Source: Pseudogymnoascus verrucosus (Eukaryota). Taken from it: DNA of 54,234 nucleotides. The notes below the pieces were generated by a model that did no database searches, had not been told where the DNA came from, and worked only from the letters and a program-made list of their open reading frames with translations. The first letter of the stretch is position 1; each line of letters opens with the position of its first letter. The stretch lies in the NCBI GenBank assembly GCA_001662655.1, contig KV460265.1; one strand, written 5' to 3'. A program made the position numbers and the translations under genes. This document shows, in pieces, positions 31,942 through 44,910 of this stretch.

Positions 31942-34625
31942 CTACCAAGTCTCCTGCAAATACCTCCCCTCCCTCTCCAACAACCTAACCCCCTGCTCCG
32001 CCCTCTCCTTATCCCCCCCAAACCCCAACTCAAACACATCCACAATCGCCTTCCTAACCGCCACCGGCATCTTTCCCGAGCTCCCACACACAATCACCGT
32101 CCCATCCCCCGTCCAATTCGGATCACCCCCCCTCTCCGCATCATGCATATCCCCGCCCCTCACCATCTCCCACGGCCTCAGCATCGCCCACACCAGCGCC
32201 GCCTCGCGACGAATCACGTCCTGGACATACACTTTCTCGCGCTGGTCGCGGCTCCACGCCGCGAGGACTTCGACACCGAGCTTGTAGTCGCGCCACTCGT
32301 GCTCGTATAGGAAATCGCCGTTCCTGTTGCGTCCACCGAAGATCAAAACCGTCTTGGCGCGCGGAGCTCCCTCGTAGCTGTTCTCGCTCCCGCACTCGAT
32401 GGAGCGCAACTCATCCTCCTGCTCGAGCACAAGCGAGCGCTCCCAGATCAAGCTGCGCATAGGCGCCACGCCAGTGCCGGGGGCGATCATCAGGAGCGGG
32501 CGACGGAGGATAGGCGAGTCCTGGGCGCTGATGTTGAGGGAGCCATCGGAGAGGGTGCAAGCGAGAGGGGTGCCAGGTTGGAGAGACGCGATGTAGCGCG
32601 AACACACGCCCTGGCGGACCTTGCGGAGGACGGTGCGATAGCGGACAAGCGCGATGGTGAGGTGGAAGGTGGTTGTTTCCTTTCCGTTTGGCTGGCGCAG
32701 GGCGCCGCCCGAGGAGATTGAGAATTGGCGGCCGCGGAGGCGGGGGAAGAGGGCTAGGGCGTTCTGGAAGGGGAGGTGCACTGTGGGGAAGTCGTGGAGG
32801 ATTTCGAGGATCGAGCGCCGAGGGCGAGTGGTGTAGTCGAAGTACTCGTCGGTGTAGGCGGGGTTGGAGAATTCTTGGAGCTTGGTCTTGTGTGTCTCTT
32901 CGTCGGTGAAGTGCGCGATGGCGCCGAGGAAGGAGCGCCGCGGGATGGCGGTGATGTCGAGGTTGTGGGTGAGGAGGTCGCGGAGGGTGGGGGGGCGACC
33001 GACGGGGAAGTAGAGGTCGAGAATTGCGGCTGTGAAGGGGGGGGAGGTGGGGTGGGCGGCGCTGTCGATGACTTGGAGGGGCTTGTCGGCGATGGAAGTC
33101 CAGCCCTGGAGGTCGATGAGGGAGTTGACGTCGGCGGGGAAGTTCTTGGGGAAGAGGGTTAGGACGTCGCCGGGTTCGTAGTGGATGTTGCCTTCCATCT
33201 CAAGGACGATGTGGCGCACATCTTGGAAGTGGTCTGCGGCTGTAATGCGGATGTTTTTTGTGAGCGTCAGGACTTTGTGGCCAGGGATGCTGATGATATC
33301 ATCTGGGGGTGGTGTCTCATCCGTGATGAGATCGGCTGCATCGAAGCCTTCTTTGAGGCAGGGGTCATTGGTGCCTTCATTCATCTTGGGAGATGTTGTG
33401 TTTTGCGTTGGAGTAGTAGAATCGATCTCAGGATTCAAGATCTGGAGAATATACTTTGGTGGCAGAAACTCTTCGTCTGGAATAGGTTCTATCCCGTCAG
33501 GAAGTGGATAGTTCTCCACGAGGTGCTTCTTAAACCCTAGAGACCAAGGTATGAACGCACCGTCCGTCCTGTGTGGTGTCAGAAGTGTTCTAGCCAAAGA
33601 GTGAATAATTCGGCAAGTGCAAGAACTCGGGGGTTGTAGTTGAGAAGATCAGCAGATCGGGGTTAAGGGTCCTCAGAATCAGCTAGAACAAAACGTCTTT
33701 TTCACTCACCCTTCGTCGTGCTGCTCGTCTCCCTCTCCTCTCGCATAAACCTCGTTAGCTCCTAACTGCTGCAGCCGCCTATGCAGTTTCCTCGCAGCCC
33801 AGTTAAACCTTCCAGGTGTTAGCAATCGAACAATAGGGGGATAAACACCACATTCGCTCCTGCGCTAACACAAGACCACAACGACTACCACAACAAAGAA
33901 GAAAGAAAAACAAACATCTTAATCCTAAGATAAGAAAGAAAGATAGAAGACTCACTTCACATACGACTGATCCCCAAACCCAAACGTCGTAAAATCCACG
34001 TGACGCAGGTAACCAGCCGGGATACTCTTCCTCAGCAGCGACTTCCACAACTTCCTTCCATTGGCAGGGAATTCGCCCTGCCCCGTCGTCGAGACGGCAA
34101 AGACGACAATCGTATACTTCCGGAGTTCGTTCTACGAAATTAAGTTAATACCTCTCTCTAGGTTATGGTTACAGCAGGATGCCGGTATGGATAGCACGGA
34201 AGTGCCGTGGGGGGGAGGGGAGGTGGAGGCGGCAAGAGCGGCCGCTGAGCGTGGGGAGAGGGCCGTAGGGTATGGCATATGATAGATAAGATATAATAGG
34301 GACAAACACATACAACATTAACACCCGCTCCATCCATAGCCGCCACCCGCGTCGCAAACCGCAGGCGCTGCGCTATCCCACCAAGTAGATGCGCGGCATC
34401 TTCGCTAGTGCCGGTTTCGGAGGCGTACAGAATCAGAGCACTGCGCTCGTGGCGCGTGGGAGGGAAGGGGATGGGAATGGGGACGGGGGCCGTGGTGGCC
34501 ATGGCGGTGGTGGTTGTTGTGCTGGTTGTGTTGTGGAGTGAAGGGACGGTGGAGGGAAGGGAAGGTGCATGGTGGGGGATGGCGGGGTGAGGAAGGAGCG
34601 ACGGCGGCGGCGGCGGTACCTGCAT
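31942..34625 (-). CDS. TAH18: NADPH-dependent diflavin oxidoreductase 1 (Tah18/NDOR1); 4 exons, start at 34625 or 34502
   Basis: Flavodoxin motifs LILYASETGTSED, STTGQGEFP, FGFGDQSY and KFNWAARKL; FAD/NADP motifs RQFSISS, GVCSRY, MIAPGTGVAPMRS, KVYVQD and C-terminal ETW. Introns 34313-34132, 33955-33809 and 33709-33569. Confidence 0.95.
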
Positions 34626-36616
34626 TAGGGCCGGCAGGGAAGGCGGATGTCACGGGATCTAAAGCTTTACTTATGGATGACGAGGCTATAGTTTGGATGG
34701 GTATTTAGGAGGGATATTTATTTTATAACGGTATAGGGGAGTTATTCTTTTGCTGTATTGTTGTTGGTGGCGACTTTGTGTATTTGCGCCCCGCGGGGTA
34801 CCCCGGATGCGTATTCCAGCATCAAGCAGCATGCAGTATAGCATAAATAAACAGTATATGTTATTTCAAGTAGACAAAATTCACAGACACTCAGGTCGAA
34901 CAATATTGTAAGAGAAACCAGCTTATCAAAAAACATCCATATTTGCGTCCCTACGTCAATATAAAAACTACATGCGACTCATCTTTTCTCCATCCTCAGC
35001 CTTGCGTGTGTATGTACGATTCCCCCTCAGCCTCGCCACTTCATGCATGACATCTCATCCCACGCCTCATCAAACCATGTGGAGATGCGCATTGATCTGT
35101 TTGATAGCATATCAGCCACCGCGCACCAGCATGTGATCTTGCAGTCAAACAAATTACAGCTTCTCATTTACTTTACGGAACCGTGTGTTTGCGCGACGCA
35201 TGCAGTGTGGCAAATCCCCTTGCATATGTTATTTCTTTGTCTCTTACTCGCCGTCTGAGTCAGGCGCTGTGTGGGCGCTTTGTCGGTGATCTGCTTTGGG
35301 ATAGGGGGATATGGGTTCTAGGGGGGAACTGGAATGGAGAGAGGGACTGGAATGGGATCTCTGAAGGGAGAGTGCGTCTGATAGGGGTATGCTGTATGGA
35401 GTACTGTCATGCCGGGGGTCCTTTATGTAGATGTTCCATCACTCAGCCAATCCTGGTGTCTATATGGGGAAGGAGGTATGTGGGTAATTGTCCGTGGCTT
35501 CCCACCGCCTGGTCCCTGGATATGAAGGCCTGCGTGGCATGTGTTCAGCCTTGGGGGAAAGGAGTGTTTTCGAGACTGGCAGCCTGGTCGAGGTAGGTAT
35601 TTGTGGTTCTTCCTTCTTCCTCCTCCCCCGTCTCCATATGTCTGGGCACGACAGGAGGTTGTCGACGCTACACATAACTCCCACTCAGCCAGCTAGTCCA
35701 GTCGGTGAAGGCTCACCGGTCAAGAAACAGACGTCGCAGTGTCTCAGGGGCAACGGATATATAGTCGGAGATTGCATGAGGCGCGCGTGGTATAGGTCGG
35801 GATGGCAGCCTCGTTCGTTGGTCTGGGCGTGCGAGGATAAGAAATTGGCGGAAGGGACGAGTTTGATGAGGCTCTCTCGCTGGTTGTCTATACGGTCAAG
35901 GCAAACCCGTATATGGTCCCGTGTATAGCGTACAGTACAGTATAGTCGACTGTCTGCTCTTTCCTGTATGTTGATGCCATATCTGCTCCTTCTGCTTGTG
36001 AAGTTGGACGTTGGCGTGACAGATGCAGACTCCCATGTTCATACATTATCCGTACATACAGTAGTAGTAACACACACAATATCCAGGCGCAATCGACCAC
36101 TTTCCCAGCGTTGTTTTGCCACTAAACACCGCCTTCCCTAAACTACCACATTGTGTCCTCATACAGCAAGTGCAATCACCATTCAATCCCAATATCGCTT
36201 AATTCCATCCAATTGGGGTAATTACTCCTTCCCTAATTTACCCATTTTATCGCCCTCCAACTCCCACACACCCACAGTAAACAGAAGGCGGCGGAAGCTA
36301 GGACCCTCTGGGCGCAATAATAATAATAATCGTCCCCCTACTCTACTTCTTCGCCTTCCCTCTCCCTCTCCCTCCTCTCAATCATCAACTTCATTCCATC
36401 GAAGACAATTCAACTTCCAAAAACTCCTCCAACTCCCCTTCCACATCCTCCTTCTAGGGCTCCAAGCTACCCTTCAAGCCATCCCTCCCTCGCATAAATC
36501 TTGTTCAAGACAGTCAAATCTCTCGAACAACAGACAACGTCGACAATCCCAACCTCAATTTTCAAATCAATCAGTTATCCTCCAACCAACAACCTTCATC
36601 AACTCGATCATTCATC

Positions 36617-38027
36617 ATGTCTGCCATCGCTGAGAAGATTACTGACGCCGTCAACGACGTTACTGCCAAGCTTGGCAACGCAACCATCGCCACCGACGCT
36701 GACAAGACCACTGCTGCTCACAACGATGCAGTTCTGGCCAGCGCCGCTGAGGGACGGAGACTTTACATCGGCAACCTCGCCTACGCGACCACCGAGCAGG
36801 AGTTGACCGACTTCTTCAAGGGATACCTTGTGTAAGTTTTGATCCGTGTTCTGACCCCTTCTTGTCACGGTGGCGCATCGAGCAGTTGTGGAAGGTGCCA
36901 CCTACCATGTCTCGTGACAATGTCACATCGCCTCTGAACAGTCACCAATTCAGCTCGATGCGCTCCTGTTCACCCATGTCAATACCGTCTGGGCGATCTA
37001 GTTGCAACCGCCATGATGGATACCATCGATGGCTACGTTTGGATAACAGCTGCTGACGTTATTTCCGACAGTGAATCGACCTCCATCCCAAAGAACCCAC
37101 GCACCGACCGCCCAGTCGGCTACGCTTTCGTCGACCTCTCTACACCCAGCGAGGCCGAGCGTGCCATCACTGAGCTCTCCGGCAAGGAGATCCTTGAGCG
37201 CAAGGTCTCCGTTCAGCTTGCCCGCAAGCCTGAGCCAGCCGGCGAGAAGACCGAGAATGTCGTGAGTGGAGGTGACGCTGCTGAGGGTACCGAGGGTGGC
37301 CGCCGCAGACAATCCGGACGCGGTCGTGGACGCGGCCGTGGCCGTGGTGGACGCACTGCCCGTGCTGGTGACCGCGTATGTTTCCCTTTTCTAAATTCTC
37401 AATACACAACACTAACAGTACTGCAGGTCGAGGGCGAGGTTGCATCTGAGGAGGTTCTCCCTCTCCAGGACATCACCAACCAGGCTACCACTGATGAGGC
37501 TGCCAAGGACGACAAGAAGGCCGCTCGTGCTCCCCGTGAGCGCCGTGAGCGTGGCCCACCCGCCGATGGCATCCCATCCAAGAACAAGGTTATGGTTGCC
37601 AACCTTCCTTACGATCTGAGCGAGGAGAAGGTTAGTTATTCCCCCCAGTCGGCCGCGCAAGGTTGACCCGTCTATCATTGAACTGTTTGCTAATACATTT
37701 CTCGTACAGCTCAAGGAGCTCTTCGCTGCTTACGAGCCATCTTCCGCCAAGATCGCCCTCCGCCCTATCCCCCGCTTCATGGTCAAGAAGCTCCAGGCAC
37801 GCAACGAGCCCCGCAAGGGCCGTGGCTTCGGCTTTGTTACTCTCTCCTCTGAGGAGCAGCAGCTCAAGGCCGTCTCTGAGATGAACGGCAAGGAGATTGA
37901 GGGTCGCGAGATCGCTGTCAAGGTTGCCATTGACAGCCCCGACAAGACCGATGAGGACGCGAACGCTCCCGTTGCTGAGGAGACCAACGGCGCTGCCGCC
38001 ACTGTTGAGGAGACCACCACTGCTTAA
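36617..38027 (+). CDS. RRM-RGG-RRM RNA-binding protein (Sbp1-like); introns 36832-37071, 37376-37426 and 37631-37709
   Basis: RRM1 (LYIGNL, GYAFVD), GRGRGRGRGRGG box and RRM2 (VMVANL, RGFGFVT). Strongly biased codons. All splice junctions are in frame. Confidence 0.92.
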
Positions 38028-39241
38028 GCGGTGACTGGTGTATTATACGAGACGTAATGATGGGGAGTGCTGCATCCGTTTTTCGCGTGAGCATTGCTTT
38101 TATACATTGTTACTTCTCCAGGCGTATGGCGGAAGCACTGGGAAATGAAATGCTGGTAATGGCTCGTTAAAATTGTTTTTTGATGACCAGCTACTAGCTA
38201 TTTCATGATTTTAATGGGAGAGGAGAGGAAAAATGATTTTATGGGGGGTTTTGGGAAACGGTCGATGGGCACTGTTAGATCTGGCGGCTTCTCTCGAGGC
38301 TTGGTTCTTCTAGAAGCGACGGCTATATCCTACAATTCCCATGGCTTGTACTTTTTGAAACGACAAACTACACAATATCTTTTTTTCCTCCATCAAATGT
38401 CTTACTACTACGGACCGTTTTTCTTTTAGCTGGATCTGTACATTAGGGGTTTCCTTTTTGTGCTGGTCTGGGGTGAAGAGGGGGAAGTTGTGAAATGAAA
38501 AGTTGATTTTGGGGATTCTGACTTTGAGTAATATGAGTGAATGTTTTGTCGTGATCCGATGATGATTGTAATATGATACTCTCAGCCTTCGAAGATGTCG
38601 ATATACCCCGGACGCCCTGTAAAAAGGAATTAAACCCGTGACGACGTCGTGAGACAACAAGGCCACGTTCTAGGCTAGAGCAGCATCTAGGCCGTAAGTA
38701 ATCCAAGGCGGACGAGGCTGAGACATCCATCTCTGGCCGGCCCCCCAGCTATCGCGTTCCTGGCCCACTGCTGCCCGCAGGACGAATTGGGTTTTTGGCG
38801 CCGCACGCACGGCAATCGCGCGCTAAAAATATGCGACCCCACACCCCAACCAACCAAGGTCTTTGTGGACAGGGACAAAAAGCGACCGCGGCCGCTTCGC
38901 CCCTCTCTTGTCTCCTATCTTTTGACTGCCAACTGCAACTGCGACTACCCCAGCAAAGGAAAAGGGATTTATAACTATAACTTTGTCGAGAACGGGAGGC
39001 GTTTGGTAATAACTACGGCTACAGCTACGGCTACGACAACAGAGGGGCGAGTTGATAATACGGAGGAGGCTTTTGTTGTGTGTGGGGTTTATTTGAAAGG
39101 GGGGCGATATACTTGAGGCGGTGACGGGCGGCGTTACGTGTGAAAGGATCGGCAAGGGACGAGTTCGAGGCGAGAACGAGGGAAGAAGGGGGTTTATACC
39201 TGTTTCTCCAGAGGCAGGAATAGGCCTCGACTACAAATACA

Positions 39242-40593
39242 ATGGCGTCCAAGGCGATGTGGGAGGTTGATCCCGAGACACGATCAAAGGTACTCCCCAT
39301 TCCGTTCCCTCCCCCCGCACCTCCTCCTCTCCCCCAAAACCACACCCGCTGACCACACCCCACACAGCTCCACGAAATCGCCAAAACAAACTCCAACTCC
39401 ACCTGCGCCGACTGCTCCGCCCCCTCCCCCCAGTGGGCCTCCCCCAAATTCGGGATCTTCATCTGCCTCTCCTGCGCCGGCGTGCACCGCGGCCTCGGGG
39501 TACACGTCTCCTTCGTCCGCTCTACCACCATGGACGCCTTCAAGGCCGCCGAGATAGAACGCATGCGTCAAGGTGGGAATAAGCCCTGGCGCGACTTCTT
39601 CGAGGGGCATGAGGAGAATAAACTCGCGGGTGTAGGGTTTGAGGACGCGACGATTAAGGAGAGATATGAGAGTGCGGTGGGGGAGGAGTGGAAGGAACGG
39701 TTGACGGCGAAGGTGGAGGGGAGGGAGTATGTCCCCGGTGCGCCGAAACCGGTAGTACCGAGACAAGAAAAGCCCGTTCCCCGCGCCACGACGCAGATTC
39801 AAGGCCGTGCATCCCCTTCCCCCTCTCTCGGCGATGGTGGGAGTACTGGCGGCAGAAGCTCGAAGGCCAAGGTCGACGATAGGTATTTCTCGAAACTGGG
39901 AGAAGCGAATGCCGCGCGCCCTGCGGATGTGCATCCCAGCCAGGGAGGCAAGTATGGAGGCTTCGGATCGGAGATGCCGGCGCCAGCGGCAAGGGGGGAC
40001 GGGCCGCCGGGACTGGATGAGCTGCAGAGGGATCCGGTGGCGGCGTTGACGAAGGGGTTTGGGTGGTTTGGGGGGATGGTGGGGAAGACGGCTAGGCAGG
40101 TTAATGAGGGGTATATTGCGCCTGCTGCGCAGAGGGTGAGTTCGCATTTTAAATTTCCCCCTGTTCTGCCCGTCTTTTCTTTTATGTGGTTCGGTCACTA
40201 ACAGCTGTGCAGATCGCAGAAGCAGACCTCGCAGCCCAAGCCCGCATCACCGCCGCCCAACTCGCCAAGTCCGCGCAGACCGGCGCCCAGGGCGCGAGCA
40301 GAACATTCAACGACTCCTTCAACCGCTTCGTGGAAGGCGAGGGCGCCGGGGGTGCGCGTGGTGGTGCTGGGCGCGGGCCGTTGGATGAGTCGAAGAGGGA
40401 TTTCTGGGATGGGTTTGGGAGGCCGGATGAGAGGGAGGGTGGAGGGACGATTGGGACGAATGCGTTGAGGGGGGGTGGGGATTTGGGCGTCAGGAGAGGG
40501 GAGGAAAGGGAGGGGCTTGTGGGGGGGAAGAAGGGGGAGAAGGAGGTGAAGAAGGAGGAGAAGAAGGAGGATGGGGATTGGGATAAATGGTGA
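39242..40593 (+). CDS. GCS1: ADP-ribosylation factor GTPase-activating protein Gcs1; introns 39290-39367 and 40136-40212
   Basis: [16 protein letters not shown] start, ArfGAP zinc finger [51 protein letters not shown] and C-terminal DGDWDKW. Confidence 0.95.
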
Positions 40594-40871
40594 TGACTGG
40601 GGGGGTAACTTGGATAGATGAGAATGCGAAGTCTTTACGGTATTTGGGATACTTTAATGGATGATGAGAGATGAATTGACTGGAAAATATGATAACAAGC
40701 GTTTATTTCAAACAAATCCAAACAATGCCTATAACGCCCAAAAACATACTCCAAATAATAGATCCCACCCCATCCTACTGCTTGTAGCCCATAAATAGAA
40801 TAAGAAACACCTGGCTAGCTCACTATGACTTTCCCACTATTAGCCTCTGAGGGGCGATGGCAAACTTTATC

Positions 40872-42509
40872 TCATCCTGAACCATCCACACCACGCGCCC
40901 AGGCCACAGACTTCGCTTGGGGTTGGTTTGTCACAGTGGTCGCAGTCGCAGCCGTGATTTTAGCAACTGGCGGGTTTGTCACCGTTGTCTCAGTCGCAGT
41001 CGTAGTTGTAGCACCTGCAACTGGTGGATCTGGCACTGTGGCTGCAGTCCCAGTCGCGGCAGCAGCAGCTGTCCCCCCTTGCGCCCCTTGACCTTCACCT
41101 TCCCTCGGAGAAAGTCCCGTCTTCCACCTCCTCACCCTCTCAAACATCCTCATATCACTCCTCACCAACTGTCTCCTCACATTCGGCACATACATGACCC
41201 TCCTCGCCAAGACCTCCTTCTCCATCTCCGCCAGCGTAAACTCCTCATAGAACTCCTCTCTCTCCAACTGGAATTCCTCCGGCTCCAGCTGCGACGTCAG
41301 AAGGATGCTCAGGGCGTCAACTTGCATCACCGTTGGTACGCGGATGAAGATCCCCGGCGCGGGGTTCAATGCCGCTAGCAGGCCGGGTTGCACCGAGTAG
41401 ACGGGAGCGGGGGCTGTGGGGAGGAACCCCTGTTTTCGGTCGTCGTCGAGGAGGATATCGATGCAGTCTAATTTCGTGCCGGAATTCTGTTCGATGCCGC
41501 GGGTGTATCCGCGGGCTCGCACGATGTCTTGAAGCTGGGTAAGGGACATCTCGTTGTATATCGCGGCGGCTTCTTCCATGCGTGCCGTGCGGTAGAGGGG
41601 CTCATACGAGAGCTCGATTGGCATCTGGGTTTGGTCTCGGTACCGCTCGTAGACGGGGTTTAGCGGCGTCGTCGTGGTAATGGGGAGGCCGTTGTCTGCG
41701 ATTAGATTGTGCGTTGGAACGGGGTATAACACTGTGATGTCTGCATGGCGTGGATGCTGGTGAGGGCTTGGCCAGGAGCTGATGTTTCGCGTGGATGCCC
41801 GGTTAGTTTGCATGGTTGCTGGCGTTGGGATTAACTTGGTAGACGGCATCAGGGGCGCATATGGGCCTTGAGGGATGTAAACATGTTTGATTTTTTGCAT
41901 CCCAGAGGCTTTGCCTTCCACTTCCATGACGTTGCGGGTAAGTTGCGAAGTGGGCCTTCTCTTGGACCTGGGGATTCCGAATACTTTGCAACGGCGCTTG
42001 AGATATCTTCTGCTTTTCTCTTTATAATACTTGTATTGTCTGTCCATAGGCTGGTCTCCAGGAAGGTTTGTTGGCTCAGATGTAGACCTTATTTGCCCAA
42101 CTATGTATACACTGTTGCCTGCTTCGTCTTCCGCGTTCAATATAGCTTTTATGATGTCGTCTCTGCTTGATCTCCAGCCCATAATGACATTCAGGTCTCT
42201 GCATCGTTTTATGAGGTCGTTCTTCATAAACAGCCCATATCGCTCCGCTCTCACACTGCGGGTGTTGGATGTTGACACTGGTTCCAGGCTTTCATATCCC
42301 GTGACAAACTGTGTCACAGTTATGAATCCAGCTCTGTTCATTGTGCGATCGTAGTTCTTGAGTTTATCTTGCACGTCTATAATGGTCCGAATGATATCGT
42401 CTTTCCAAGCCTTCCATATGATGTCGATGTTTAACTCCTCACACATTTTCAGGAGGACTTTCTTCTCCTGGTGCTTATATTCCACCCATCTATCCTCTAC
42501 AGTCGACAT
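40872..42509 (-). CDS. Hypothetical protein (545 aa) with up to five SAP/HeH-like helical repeats
   Basis: Intact intronless ORF with a recurring Y-x(5-7)-L-x3-(C/V)-x3-(N/G)...(K/R)xD(I/C)I-x2-I pattern. Confidence 0.75.
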   Translation of the reverse strand: MSTVEDRWVEYKHQEKKVLLKMCEELNIDIIWKAWKDDIIRTIIDVQDKLKNYDRTMNRAGFITVTQFVTGYESLEPVSTSNTRSVRAERYGLFMKNDLIKRCRDLNVIMGWRSSRDDIIKAILNAEDEAGNSVYIVGQIRSTSEPTNLPGDQPMDRQYKYYKEKSRRYLKRRCKVFGIPRSKRRPTSQLTRNVMEVEGKASGMQKIKHVYIPQGPYAPLMPSTKLIPTPATMQTNRASTRNISSWPSPHQHPRHADITVLYPVPTHNLIADNGLPITTTTPLNPVYERYRDQTQMPIELSYEPLYRTARMEEAAAIYNEMSLTQLQDIVRARGYTRGIEQNSGTKLDCIDILLDDDRKQGFLPTAPAPVYSVQPGLLAALNPAPGIFIRVPTVMQVDALSILLTSQLEPEEFQLEREEFYEEFTLAEMEKEVLARRVMYVPNVRRQLVRSDMRMFERVRRWKTGLSPREGEGQGAQGGTAAAAATGTAATVPDPPVAGATTTTATETTVTNPPVAKITAATATTVTNQPQAKSVAWARGVDGSG

Positions 42510-43297
42510 GATTGCCTGTGTCGTTTCGGAGGATATTGAGCGCTAAGGCACGATATGACAGGAATAAAAGAATGTGAGAAAGACGCCGTGATGTTCGATG
42601 CCAGATTGGCGAAGCAAGAGTCCTACTTCAAGACGCAACGTGTAGAGTAGGAAACTGAAGGTATAACTTTCAAACTCGAAGCGAAACTAAAATATTAGAA
42701 AGACCTTTGGGTTTTGGGGATGAGAAATAGCCCATGTTTGGTTTCTTTGCCTAGCTAGAAAATAGACAAAGGACAAAGGACGGACTGTCCGGCTCGAGTT
42801 GAAAGCAACCCCACCCGCAATAAAATCAACACAAAGAAAGACCGAAAGCGGCCACTACTATACCTGAAGGATGTCGAAGCCGTCTCATACTTATAATAGT
42901 GTGGTTTGGACTCAAAGCCGAAGTTGCGAGAGCTGAAAACGACAAGACAGAACTCCCCGGCTGCCTTGGAGCGGGTGATGGGACCTAAAGACTGTAGTAT
43001 CAAGCCAATAAAGAACCTGTAAGAATGGTATGGCACTTCGAAGCCTTCAGATCAAAGACTGTTGAGCCTTTTTAGAGAAGTTAAGCGTCCCATCCTGTTG
43101 GTGATATATCACGAAGCTCTTGTCACCATACCATCGTGAGATATCGTGTTATTTGTTATAAAAATTAGGCCTATCGCTAAGAATAAAAACGTACAAAGTC
43201 TACTTATTCCATCATTAAAAATAATAACTCGAGACGAGTTGGCGTTGTGTTGTATGAAGGTAGAAATAATTGGTTTGGTGAAATCGATATGTCAACA

Positions 43298-43362
43298 ATC
43301 ACGTGATATCCCCGCTAGCTTATCGGATATGAGAGATGGCGCACTTATCGCAACTTTTTTTT
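43298..43362 (+). promoter_or_regulatory. Ribosome-biogenesis-type promoter module upstream of ENP1
   Basis: ATCACGTGAT (43298), two CTTATCG (= CGATAAG, PAC-like; 43319 and 43344) and a T-tract (43355-43362) lie within 140 bp of the ATG. Confidence 0.55.
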
Positions 43363-43433
43363 GCGGAACTGGAAACTACGATCACATACGCTATAATCCA
43401 GTCGGTCTCCTCGAGCCCAACCTGCATTTCGCC

Positions 43434-44910
43434 ATGTCTCGAACTGCTCAAACCGGCAGGCGGCATAATGCCCTCGAAAATGACCTCCTAGCGACCGGCC
43501 CGCTCAAGAACAAGGCGCCGAAGAGAAAATCGAGGCACGAAGAAGATGGTGGGGAGAAATTCGTGGATGCGAAAGCGTCGCGCAAAATTTTGAGAATTGG
43601 ACAAGAGTTAGCGGCCGAAGACGAACAGGAACAGGGAAGCGGCGTAGCCAAAAATACAGCGTTCGATTTTGAGTCGAGGCTCGAGGACGAAGATTTGTCG
43701 GACGATGCGGGGCAAGATGTTGCCGAGGATTGGGGCGATGAGGATGAGATCGTTGAAGAGATAGAACTCGACCCAGAGGATTTGGAGACCTACAGCAAAT
43801 TCTTCCCTACACAGGAGGATCCGTTATTGCGACAAGGTTGGGGCGGCGAGGCGGACGATGACGAAGGTGGAGAGTCGACAAATCTCGCTGATCTGATACT
43901 GGAGAAGATTGCCGCGCACGAGGCATCGCAGGGTGGACGTGGGGACGCACAGTTTATGAATGGCGCCGTCCCAGACGAGGACTTTGAATTGCCTCCTAAG
44001 GTTGTCGAAGTGTACACCAAGTAAGCATACCTAATCACTTATTCTCAGCCACGGCTTTGCTAACAGCTTCAGGATCGGCTTCCTCCTTTCCCGCTACAAA
44101 TCTGGGAAACTCCCCAAGCCCTTCAAGATTCTCCCTACCGTCCCCCACTGGGAAGAAATTATCCAGCTCACCCGCCCCGACAAATGGACACCGAACGCCT
44201 GCTACGAAGCCACCAAGATCTTCGTCTCCTCCACACCTCAAGTTGCCCAGATCTTCATGGAGCACATCATCCTCGAGCGCGTGCGCGAAGATATCCAGGA
44301 AACCAAGAAGCTCAATGTGCATTTATTCAAGGCGCTCAAGAAGGGCCTGTACAAGCCGGCTGCGTGGTTCAAGGGATTCCTCTTTCCTTTGGTGGGAGGT
44401 GGAATGTGCACCTTAAGAGAGGCGCATATTATCTCGGCTGTTCTCGCACGAGTTTCGATCCCCGTGCTTCACTCTGCGGCGGCGTTGAAGGGACTCTGCG
44501 ACATCGCGGCGCAGGAGACGTCGCAAGGGACGGAGGGCGGTGGCGCAACAAATATCTTCATCAAGACACTGCTCGAGAAGAAGTATGCTCTGCCGTTCCA
44601 GGTCATCGATGCGTTGGTTTTCCACTTCTTGCGTTTCCGTGGCGATCCTGTGCAAGGATCGGGTGGGGATAAGGTCTCAAAGTTGCCTGTTATCTGGCAT
44701 CAGTGCTTGTTATCGTTTGCGCAGAGGTATAGGAATGATATTACGGAGGATCAGCGCGAGGCTCTGCTAGATCTCTTAATTACGAAGGGTCATTCGGCGA
44801 TTGGACCGGAGGTGAGGAGGGAATTGCTGGAAGGTAGAGGAAGGGGCGTGGCTATTGAACCTGAGGGACCAGCAGGCAATGGGGGTGATGATACCATGAT
44901 GATGGATTAG
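43434..44910 (+). CDS. ENP1: Bystin / Enp1 pre-40S ribosome biogenesis factor; intron 44021-44072
   Basis: FVDAKASRKIL, NLADLILEKI, LSRYKSGKLPKPFK, LYKPAAWFKGFLFPL, LLEKKYALP and LPVIWHQCLLSFAQRY. Confidence 0.96.

Noticed and set aside
43146..43433. Upstream extension of the ENP1 ORF (and of the DUF5672 ORF at 45314)
   Set aside because: Both extensions have non-ATG starts and run through upstream sequence. The plausible ATGs are 43434 and 45398.
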